A DNA stretch of 45,654 bases, counting the filler, from Catajapyx aquilonaris (Eukaryota): assembly GCA_000934665.2 (NCBI GenBank). It is 2 parts of 2 records of this genome, joined end to end, with 100 filler letters (N's around TTAATTAATTAA, not from the genome) between each part and the next. Parts side by side here need not be neighbours in the genome. Positions count along the whole stretch, not along the records: positions 1 to 22,821 come from JYFJ02005825.1; positions 22,922 to 45,654 come from JYFJ02005826.1. The stretch is one strand, 5' to 3'. A program made the translations under genes and the position numbers. How positions within the stretch are numbered: the stretch's first letter is position 1; each line of letters starts with the position of its first letter. The notes below the pieces were generated by a model that saw nothing but the letters and a program-made list of their open reading frames with translations, had not been told where the DNA came from and did not search any database. Positions 21,537 through 32,400 of the stretch are shown here, one piece after another.

Positions 21537-22821
21537 CTGGGAACACCAGAAATTAATGTCCCACCCACCAAGCTTCCACTGTTCAGTTAAAACGAAGTAG
21601 TAAAAAAAGTTTCAGCAACGTCATCAGTGAACTCCTGATGGCAAATGAATTATTGGGGTGGGTAATCTGCAGACAACGTGTCACAAGCAGAGCAGATCAA
21701 TAGCCTACGCTTCGATTTGAGTACGTGCATTAGTGGCAAACTGAGCAAAGACATTGTAATACGTAGTCTGTTATGCGAAACCTTTAAAGCGCATGATACT
21801 TTATGGCGATAGCACTAAAGAACGACTATAAACAGGGATATACCTGTGTGGAGCAGCCACATCAGTATTGCGCTCATGGGATGACTCAGTAGTACAGGGG
21901 GTCAAGTCACTAATTTAGTTCAGTTACCCTGGTTTTAGGGTCGTTTTACTGGCTATTAAATGGCTTCTCCGTGTCATTCGCCTTGTCTCAAAAATTTGAG
22001 CCCAGCTACTGTATTATTTCTAAATATTGCTACCTTTATTTCTTTCTCCTTGGGGACTACATTTGATTTCACAGTCCGATTGATGTAGAAGAAGGATGCA
22101 GTTGCTCGATGAATAAAGTATCAGGGCCCTGATTTCTGTGACAATTATTGGCGACGATTCCATAATCAAATGAGTCCACCGGCGTGGTGGGACAAATGCT
22201 CCAGGTTTTCAGCGACCCCACCAAAAAAAATTGCCTTCAAGAGGTCTCAGGTATCAGGAAAGTTTTATAAGCCAGTAGTGATTACGACCCAAAGAAAAAA
22301 AGGGAGCCTTACATTAGCCACCATTCTTGCAATCAGGACTGAGTATTATGGGACACTATTTCTTGGTATGCATTGGAGAGTGGTGGTAAAAATATATATT
22401 TCCCCTTTTTCTTCCTCAGAGTGATTCCATGCTATTTCATGTTCAGTAACAATAACCATTTTACTCACTATTTTACTATATGAGGTCTGTACTCCAAATA
22501 TGCAATAAGCCACTTCATTACGTAAATTCCATATTATTTTAATGTGCATAATATATGGAACAGTCTTACTATCGATTTTGAATACGGAGATAAGTTTATA
22601 GCCTGTATCATAACACAGCCTTGAACGTAACCATTTACTCTGAGTGTATAAGAAAATAACTCTAGAGATAGGCTCAAAATAACAATTTGGTTTCATCTAT
22701 ACATTATGTGCTTAGCATTCTGCAGGTGGCTGGTTCCATTTCAATCCAGACGGTGGGTGCCCAGTCATGGTCTTCGATTTTTTTTAAAAAAATATATGTG
22801 AAACCCACATCCAATTGAACC

Positions 22822-22921
22822 NNNNNNNNNNNNNNNNNNNNNNNNNNNNNNNNNNNNNNNNNNNNTTAATTAATTAANNNNNNNNNNNNNNNNNNNNNNN
22901 NNNNNNNNNNNNNNNNNNNNN
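22822..22921. other. Assembly gap/linker: N-run + TTAATTAATTAA + N-run
   Basis: 100-nt block with the palindromic six-frame stop spacer TTAATTAATTAA at 22866-22877 between two N runs. Confidence 0.95.
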
Positions 22922-24248
22922 CGGGCCGGAATGTCCCGCGGCCCACCACAAATCCAAGGACTTTGACCTCCTCGGCTGCCCAGGCGGTCTTATCAGGATG
23001 GAGGGAATATCCATCACGCTGGAGAGCAGATAAGACGGTTTCGATGTGGTATAAATGTTGTTCAAACGTGTCTGACGCAATGATGACGTCATCGACGTAC
23101 GCGTAGACATAGTCGTTTAAAGCGTCCCCTAGAGTTCGACGTATACACTGAGTAAAGATCTGGGAGGAATTGATGAAACCCTGCGGCAACGACGTGTACC
23201 TCCACGTACCAGTTTGCGACGAAAATCCAAAATAATCTCGGCTCGCGGGTGCTATCTTTACGGAGAAAAATGCCGACCTGACGTCACACTTAGAAATGAA
23301 CTTCTTGTGACCGATGGCAGAGATTATGTCGATGATCCGGGGAGGGGCGTCAGGAGCCTTATGGCTTACCCGTTTATTGATCATGCGGAGGTCGGTTACC
23401 ATACGAAATTCATCGCTACCAGGTTTTCTGATCATATAGTTTCTGTGGGTGAAGGTCCTATCACTGCCTCGTTCAATCACTCCGTCCCTAACCAGTTCTT
23501 TCACCTGGAGATCCATCAGCCGCCTAGTTTCGTGAGACATGGGTTGGGGATGGGTGATAATCTGGGTGGGATCGGTGAGTGTTAACGAATACTCGTACCC
23601 TCTCACGTGCCCCGGTTTCCGTGTGAAGAGAGGGGCGTGTTTCTGAATTAACTGGGTTAGTTGTTCCTGATGACGAGGGGCGAGACCACTTGCCTGGATG
23701 GCGTGAAAAACTGGAGTCACCTCAGATATGAGCTGCACAGCAGGCGTAGTAAAAGGAGGGGAGGGGGAACGCGCAAATGGTATGATGCGTTGCGGGTGTG
23801 TGTCAATTATGTAACCTCGTTGATGTAGCACTAACACTATCATTTCGGGGGTGAGCACGTCTCGCCCTATGATCATCGCATGATTAAGAGTCGGGATGAT
23901 GATGAAGTTTACTCTGCGGCAGCAGCCGGGGAAGGAGATGGACAGCCGCACCTCTCCACTTGCCATAATGTTGCCCGAAGCCATGTTGTAGGAGGTCGTG
24001 ATCTGTTTGACCGGGATGTTATGGTCCAGGCAACGCTGCATCACCTGCCCCCCAATGAAGCTGGACTCGGCACCAGAATCTAACAGCGCCAAGTATTTTT
24101 CGCCAAGAACGGACACTTCGACAACTGGTTCGGGATTTTTCGGGAGGGCGGTGGGAGGGATGGTACCATATATGTTGTAAGTTACTGCGGCGGGGAGGGG
24201 GCCTGCATGGGAGATAGGTTCTGGCTCCTCCCCTCCGTCTCGTTTCCC
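22922..24248 (-). CDS. pol: Retrotransposon pol (aspartic protease + reverse transcriptase), 3'-truncated by the gap
   Basis: Protease ALLDSGAESSFI..IIGRDVL. RT motifs FRMVTDLRMINK, SKCDVRSAFFSV, LPQGFINSSQIF and YVDDVII. The frame is open up to the N run. Probably expressed by a -1 frameshift from gag. Confidence 0.92.
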
Positions 24249-25793
24249 TGGCGTCTGCTGTTGACCCACCGCAACTTCCTGCATACCTCAATTTCGTGGC
24301 CAGGGGACCTACAATACCGACAGATGATAGTGGCCGGAGGCTCTGAAGAAGCAGAAGCATCCTCAACCGGAGAAGGCCTTGAACCAGAAGTCACTCGTTC
24401 GCTGGCGGGGGGGAGTGGGCACGGGAGGGCAGGGGGAGGGCGGTTGGGGTGAATGCCCTGCAGGCTCAAACCGGCGTAACAACCCTGTGCTGCTTTATTG
24501 ACCTCGTTAACCGCCTTTTTTCGCAGGCCAGGGGTTTCGGGCGGGGTCAAGGTGGGATACTCAAAACAGTACAGGAGTTCAGACTGGGCATCTTGAGCTG
24601 TTCTGATGAGGTGGGTGACGGAATGGAACGTGTCGTGTCTAAAAAAAGGCTTGTACTCCGGATGGATACGCGACAGTATGTGGTGGCACTTCTGTGAGTC
24701 GGGAGTGTCCGGATACCACAGCTTCCGGTAGTAGTCACACATCCGGTAAATGAACGCCGTGGCCGACTCATGACGGCTTTGGCGGCTGTTATCCATCTCC
24801 ATGCGGAGCTGGTCCATGGATGCCGCTGGTTCATATTCGCGCAGAAAAGCGCGCTGGAAGCTGGTCCAGTCAAAGAAGGGACCCCCTCCGTACTTGTACC
24901 AGAGTTTAGCCCCACCATGCAGGGCGTGGGGGATTATGATGGTGAATAAGTTGCCATCGGGACAACCTGTTATCGCCTGGTATTCCTTGAGCTGGTCGAT
25001 GAAGTTTGCGGGGGATATTCCCGTGGCGGGTTCGAACGATGGCACCTGCATATGTGTGATTGGGGGCTTCCAATTGCGATCAATAGTCATATCGAATGGT
25101 GGTTGGGGGGGGTGCACGGGAGAGCGACTGGCGGGAGGGATGACCGCCGGAAACGGACTTTCGACGAACGTCGGTAGTGACGGCTGCAATGAGGAGNTCC
25201 CGTGGCGGGTTCGAACGATGGCACCTGCATATGTGTGATTGGGGGCTTCCAATTGCGATCAATAGTCATATCGAAAGGTGGTTGGGGGGGGTGCGCGGGA
25301 GAGCGACTGGCGGGAGGGATGACCGCCGGAAACGGACTTTCGACGAACGTCGGTAGTGACGGCTGCAATGAGGAGGTGGGGATAGGTGGACCAATCTGCA
25401 GGGTCATGAAGGCGACGGCTACATCATCAAGGGAGGCGTCCTGAGGTAATCCCAAAAGTTGTAATAGAGCGTCACCGGGTTTGTCAGCGGCATGGGCCGG
25501 GGCCGTATCATGGGGTGGGTGCGGCGGAGCAATGGCATCGTCGTCAAACCCGGGAGGGACGGCGGTGACGTCGGTGGAGGAGGGGGGACGGTCGCGTGTA
25601 CGACGAGCTGGGGCGGTGTTGGCGGGGTCAGGGAGAGCAGGGGCACTACTAACCTGGCGGGAACTCCGACGGAGAGGTGGCGCCGAGTCGGTGCCGGAAG
25701 CAGCAGCTGGTCGACCTCTGCGNAGTAGTAGGAAAGGAATAGGGCAGAATTAGGAGGGAGTGAGTCAAAAGAGGGGTCGAAAGTAAGTGCCAT
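24182..25793 (-). CDS. gag: Retrotransposon gag (Pro-rich N-terminus, capsid-like region, CCHC zinc knuckle); interrupted by two assembly Ns
   Basis: ALHGGAKLWY..FDWTSFQRAFLREY..QSRHESATAFIYRM (retrotransposon gag signature) and CRYCRSPGHEIEVC. The frame stays open upstream to the N at 25723 once the duplicated 178 bp is removed. The ATG at 25793 is tentative. Confidence 0.85.
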
Positions 25794-25794
25794 A

Positions 25795-25805
25795 GTTGGG
25801 CGCCA
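25795..25805 (-). promoter_or_regulatory. Primer-binding site, tRNA-Lys type
   Basis: TGGCGCCCAAC on the - strand, 2 nt after the LTR's terminal CA. Confidence 0.85.
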
Positions 25806-25807
25806 TT

Positions 25808-26120
25808 TGTAACGGTACGTAAGGTGGAGGGGGAATCAAGTACCACTGAGTCTGTACTAACAGTACTGTATTCTCTCAATCAAAGATACAACGGAACCGA
25901 GCCAAAGTAAGGAGGGAGGCAGAGAGGTCTGCGAGGAGAGGAGGAAGTCAGGCCAAGAGTGCTCTTCCCCAAGTTCACCCTCTATATATAAGGTGTACCC
26001 AGCAGGGGTCATAGGTTGGGACATGGGAGCAGGAAGCGAGGGGAGTGTAGACCGAGGGAGAGAACAGGAAGTCGCTAATTAGGAGGGGGAAGGTGGTAGT
26101 AGAGGTCATTGACCGGCACA
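25808..26120 (-). repeat. 5' LTR (about 313 bp)
   Basis: The minus strand begins TGTGCCGG (26120) and ends CGTTACA (25808) immediately before the PBS. TATA-like TATATATA near 25983-25990. The outer boundary is inferred from TG and a composition change, as the second LTR is absent. Confidence 0.7.
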
Positions 26121-26420
26121 ATATAATCGACATTAAATCCGATTTCGATAATTGGCATTAAATATTATACTGTGTATAACGATAAGGCACATAACAACAA
26201 ATATCGGTAATCGGCATAAAGCATATATCGATCATGGTTCATGAATATATCAATATGGACAAAATCATATCGATATCGACATACAGTATAGTGTCATATA
26301 TCGACAATAGTCGACATAATTAGCTATCGATAATGAACATAAAATCAGATATCGATATGGACATAAATCATGTATCGATAAAGGACATGTTTTATCAGGC
26401 TTCGAAAATCTACATCGCAA
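26121..26420. repeat. Degenerate ATCGAT/GACATA-rich low-complexity repeat
   Basis: Recurring ATATCGAT, TCGACATA and GGACATA words over about 300 bp. Confidence 0.6.
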
Positions 26421-29400
26421 TCAAACATCAGCAAATATTAACATTTAAAATGGTATAAAAAATATTTGTAGCATACGTATTTTCCCTTACGATAATCTTC
26501 GCACGCACTCGCCACGTGCTAGGCGTTTGTTCTTAAAATTCACGCACCAAAAAATCAAACAAATCTCGCCAAAATCCGACTCGCTTAAGTCAGAACAGCG
26601 TGTTTAGCTAGTCCAACATGCTCTCTCGTCGTATTAATTTTAAAACCCAACCCTCCCTCCCAAGTTGACAGATTCAATTTTCTGATGCGGAGGATTATGA
26701 ATGCCTGACTTGCTAAAGAGTGAAAAAGAATGCGACTTAAGTAGACGTGTTCGGAGAAAATTCCTTAGGACTTTAAAAAAAAGTGAGCCCCAGCGAAAAA
26801 ATGAATTTCAACGGAAAATTCAGGTAGTTCTTGTCTTTTTTTTAGCACGTCACGAGATTGCGATAAATCTCTTGGAAAAATAAAAAAATATGGGAACAAG
26901 AGCCTTTAGCTAATCTGTGGAGGGGATGTTGGAAAAGCTCGAGAGGGTAAAAGACAAAAAAAAGATATAATAATAAAAAATGTTCACACAGAACAAGACG
27001 ACGGAGACTCTAGTGGTTACTCACGGTATTTTTGCAAATATATACAGTGTAGCATGCACAAAAATAGTGGGGGGAAAATCAATGACGTCAGGGGACACTT
27101 CAAAGGAAAGCAAGGCTCCTGTTAGGAGGTTCTCATGTCGTTTTTATTCTCTCCCTTGGCAAAATATTTGCCTTCGTTGCCATCTCCCTTTTTACTCGTT
27201 TCCAAGCAGCTTTTGGGACAAATAAAGAGAAACGGCTGCAAATATTTGACGACCATCTTAGTTTCGATTTTTCCCTCGGATTCGGAGGTTGTTTTTATTT
27301 TGGACATTTTGGCATTTACTGTACACGACATACAGTTACAATTTTTGTGTGTGTAAATTTCATAAAAGCCGCTTGCAAAATCTGAGGCTTTCAAGCACAG
27401 ACAAAGAGCCAACGAACTCCAGTATAGCTGCAGGTAAAATGAATATTATTTTTATTACACACCGTTTCGATATGTTCGATCAAAAAAATAAAACCTGCCA
27501 GGTCAAGGATATAGATAACAAAAAGCGAGGATATAATAGAGGTCCAGGGTATATTTGCACCGAACGAGCAACCTCCGACTCAGCTTCTCTTTTGCATTAC
27601 ATGCGCCGGTGGCACAAACTACCTGTCCTGGAAACCACCCAACCAACGGTCTTGTTTGTTCATTTCGGACTACAAGCACTTTTGGGTCCTCTTTTGTTCC
27701 GTTTTTTTTAACGCGCTCCTATAACCCGCCTCTGCCCACAGGTTCGGTCGCGCTAATTAAACCAGTGTCCAGTCCTTACTATTACCGCCAGATATGTCTT
27801 TACAATGGTTGTAATTATTCTCATTGCAAGGCAAGGTGGAAAAATTAATATCAGCAGCTCATTCTACAAAATAAAAAAAATTAATATCTATTATTTTTAT
27901 ACACACAGCATCACATGCATCTTTTGATTTCTCGTCTGATTCATGCAGTAACCAAAGTTCAATCCGATATCGGAATCTGCATTACTTCTGCCACTCCTAC
28001 CAGCCTATGCTAACAGGTCAGTTCACCCCGATTCACCCTGTACTTTTTCCACCGTATTTTCAACGCAACCTTACCGTTTCGTATGCATATTGGAGGGGGG
28101 GTCCAGGTTCGTTTTTTTAAACTCCCCCCCCCTCCCCTTTTATCTTGCCCCGATCTCTCTCTCCCTCCACCCCCCACCCCTACAGTAATTTCGCCATCGC
28201 TTGTGTGCCTCCGTACATTGTGCCAAAGCCAATTCTCTAGTGGGTATACAAACGCAGGGCCTAAGGGCTTGTTCAAACACACTGTGTGTTGATCCAAGCT
28301 GCTACTGATAGCCTAATGAAAAGCTCCGTTCAGAAGAAAGGAATTAACTAAACCTGCAATATTCTCCTCCGTTCCTCTCTCTCTCTCTCTCCCCCCCCCC
28401 CCTTTTTTAGAGAGAGAGTGTGTGTGTGTGTGGGTGTACCTACGTATAGGAAAGCTGGAAGGTGCAATTTTGCACGTCCAAATTGTAATGTTATTGAGAA
28501 AAAGAAGGGTGACCTCCCCTTACAAAGTGCATGATAGTGCGTACAAAAAAAAGGCGAACATACTACTTCCAAAAAAAAAAAGCGTCCAGGTTACGGAAAT
28601 TCGCAACGCTGGCGGTTTGAAACCGCGTGAAAGGGTTTCAAGCTTCCGTAATGAACCAGTGGCGGCACCAACGATTTCCATTAAAAGCGGCCCGACGATG
28701 ATGAACTTCCGCCTGGTCCATTCCCTCCTCCACCATCCAGATTATTAACTCTATCCTACCTTTTTTAAAATATTACATAGAGAACGGTAAATAGAACTAT
28801 TCTATTTGAGCGTAATATTATTTTCTAGCTAGTGTTGCATAAGAGGAATGCCCTAGAGGAGGGTGAAATAAAATCAATATAGAAAGGCAGGGAGCAAATT
28901 CAGTCGCAGAGGCTAACAGCTTGTTACTGCCAGTGTGAACAGTGTACTCAGTTTTTATAACAAGGCCCCTTAGGGAAGGTGGAAAGAACGGCTTTTTNGG
29001 GGGCTGGTAAATAATAAGGATGCAAAGTTCTGCTTGGAACCGGCTGGGTGTGAACATAGTGGGCTCCACAACACTAGTGAAACCCTTGCCAAAACTGCCC
29101 ATCGACTGTCCATGGCGTACCATATTCCTTACATAGATGGCGCTGCCACCCTCGAAAATTGATAAGCACAAGCATGGTCTTAGAATAATAAGGTCTGGAC
29201 ACTACCTCTTATCGCCTGCAGAGCGTCATGAGACCTTTCACGAAGCTATTATGTGGCGACCCTACCGGACTACGCTGAACCCTGGCTGAACTCTATAGGT
29301 ACAAAAGGGAAGCGCTACATGCGGGCCCAATGCCAACCTCATGCAAAACGCCCCGGCAGGCGATAAGAAAAGATTGTAGGGGAAGTGTCCGGGGGCTGAG

Positions 29401-32400
29401 CACAAGTATCGCCGCCTGGCTTCATATAAAGAAAAAGCTCCACCAGGCGGCGATACTTGTGCTTATTTCCACCACTATGCTACATGCTCCTGGCTGACGA
29501 CACGCCCTGGACAAACAAAGCGTCAGAGGTGTGATAAAGTAATAACGTCATTGTCAGATAGGATCTGAAGGCTTTCACCCACCACCTATTACAGCCATCA
29601 TTCATTTGCGTGATTGGGATCAAATGAAAAACAAGTTGCTCATTTTGCACGTCGAAATTGTTGCTAACAATGGACAACATGGATCAACAAGTTGTTTTTC
29701 ACAACACTATTAATCATGCAAACGTGGGGGCCTTCGAAACTCAAAAATGAGATTTTCCCATAATGAAACACTCCCGGCCCATAATTTTGCCAGTTTCACG
29801 GTTATTCCTAGGTGATCTAACAACTGGTGACGTCAATAATTAGGCACAATTTTGACAATCTTTCGATTCAGTGCTTTACTGTCGCTTAGGACGTTTTCTA
29901 ATGGGGGACAAAGTGGAACACGCCGGCTCATTCTGGTCACATTCATATACCATGGACGATGTCCCCACAAACTGCTGTTATCCACATCAGGTCGTAACCC
30001 CCCAATTATTCTTCCCATATATGCAACCTCGGTATATCACTACTCGAATGACGTCATACTCCCGCATTGTTAGCCACCCAATTACTTGGCAGAGTTGTTG
30101 TATCGCTGCCATGTACACTGTACGCAGCAGATAACAAACTGCATCATTAGCCCGCCCAATTTATATAATGAACCTTAATTCGTGTTTGATGCCAGTGCAC
30201 ACTACATATTGTGCGCCAGTTGACGTCACATCCTACGACAAGTCCATCCAAAATTTCTGGATCCTTATTTTTTTCTGACTCTTTTGTTCAACTTCGAGTC
30301 TCCAAATCCACTGGCCTCGAATATGCGCAGGGGGGTGATCCGCAATTCATGAACCCCTCTGTGCAAAATCCCTCCGTGGTTGAAACACGCATTTTATTCA
30401 AATAAGAGCTCGCAAATTCTGGATCACCCAGTATGTCAGCTTTCTTTCATTCGCTCAAATTCCCTTGCCATTCCCACAGAATCTGGCTGCCTCCATATCT
30501 CCCTTCTAAGGAAGGGTCTGTCTCCCAACCCCCCCTCCCCTCAACGCTTTCCTTATCTTTATCTTCTACCGTCGTTTTTCTCTGGAACTGTGTCGGAAGG
30601 AATGTCCACCGGGCTCAATGTCAGATCCGCGATGATTTTATTGACAGATCTATAAATCTAGCTCGCAGATATTTCACTGTTTTTATTGCTATCCCTCACA
30701 CTATATCGCAATAGCACTGCTAGCTGCTACGCTACTTCAGACATGATTTTATTCCAAATGTAAATTTTAGAAATATAAGCAGCTGTACGTAAGTAGTGCT
30801 TGGACTCATACTTGCAGACAATTTTTCTTAAAAGATATCTGGCAATGGTATACTATCATGGGGACGAAAATTCCACCCATTGAAATTAGTAGCTATTTAT
30901 AAATCGCGCTCACCCTTTCAGCATGTATTAATTAATCCTCGTTTACAAAAAACAATATGAATCCCCCTCTTCCTCATTCCTACAACAAAAATTCCTTCCC
31001 AACACTTCGCGTGCGTTTCTCTGACGGGCTTTTGGTACGTTCCGTGTCCAGTCCACGCGGTTATGTCCGATTTCAATCTGCCGGCTATTTGACAGTCCTG
31101 TCATTTCGACATAGAAACTTACATGAAATAATTAGTCAAGAGCTGGGTGGGGAAGGGGAGGGGGGGAATATAACTCCCCCCCCCCTCCACCCTGACTAAA
31201 GCTCCTTTTCCTTGATGCATGCTACACGTTCGTTTCCATTTAGTCCCAGGATTTTGCACTTATCTGAATAAGCAGCCACTTTATTCGGGCAGCAGTAACT
31301 CAGGCGTTCTGATAAGCGAATTACCGAGTACGTCAGATTCCAGAATTTCCGTGTGACAGTCCATTGTGTCTGGTCCGCATGTGTCACCGCGCACGTTATA
31401 AACATTTCACCGCCGGTATTAAAACTGCGTGCGATAAGATCGCGGACTCTCTCAGATGTGCTGCCGGGTATGTGTATGCCGAGGCCCAGGGTTTGTTTTT
31501 GCGAAATTGAACATGTGTTCCGACAGTGGCTTGGACGCGGGCCTGAATATTGCACCGGTATAGCTCGATATGTATACTGTACGTTTCGTGTCAACCAGCA
31601 GTGTCAGCACATGGCATGTACGGCGTACATTTCATATTTTTGTACAAAAATAAACGTGGAAAATAAAACTTGCGACTGTCAACTTAGGCGTTTTGTCGAT
31701 GAAAATGTAAAAATGTGGTTCGCTTTGCTGAAAACCTGCCATGAAGTTAAATATAAAATGGCAAAAAAAATGTTTTTTGAAGACCTGAAATTCGCAATGT
31801 TGTCAAACAGGCTTCCGGAATTACCTTCCATACAAAAATACAGCTGTATGAATTCAAATTAATGGAAAATATCCTGTAAGGTATAGGAATTCGCAATACT
31901 GCATATTCGGGCGATTTATTTTGAGTCCATACCACCTAATCCTGCAAAAAAAAAAAAAAACTTTCAAGCCCTGAAGTAATGTTCAATCACCGAAATCATG
32001 AAAGTGCTCCGATATTTAAAGCCTCAATTTACTTAATTGAACCACTTTCATTTATAAAAAAACAACAAAAAAACAGTTTATGCACTACAATCACCGCCAT
32101 TTTTAAAGTCACATTTAGGCATCAATATAATTAATCCCCTTTTGTCTCCAATATTCAAGGTAAAGATAAATATTGAGGCAAATGATGAAATCACCCTGAA
32201 CAGTTAGACAAAATAAAATAATTATAGGCTTCAATAACAATAGTCCAACTAAACAAATATGTCGGCAAGAATGCTATATAACGTTATAATATTTAAATGG
32301 TAAAAATATATCTCAGGGGCTTTAAATATCGCTGAATTCATGATATGATCTTCAATCATACGCGAGTGCGTCGATATTAAACACAAATGTCTCAATTTAC

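Larger units (their letters stand above)
22922..26120 (-). mobile_element. Ty3/Gypsy LTR retrotransposon, 5' part (3' part lost in the gap)
   Basis: LTR, PBS, gag with a CCHC knuckle, and pol in protease-then-RT order. Confidence 0.93.

Noticed and set aside
21356..24284. Reverse transcriptase next to a nucleotide cyclase as a retron/CBASS-like defence system
   Set aside because: The cyclase is an intron-containing animal receptor GC, the RT is a standard Gypsy pol, and an artificial linker separates them.
31196..31862. 169-aa and 132-aa ORFs
   Set aside because: No domain motif or convincing splice structure; consistent with chance ORFs.
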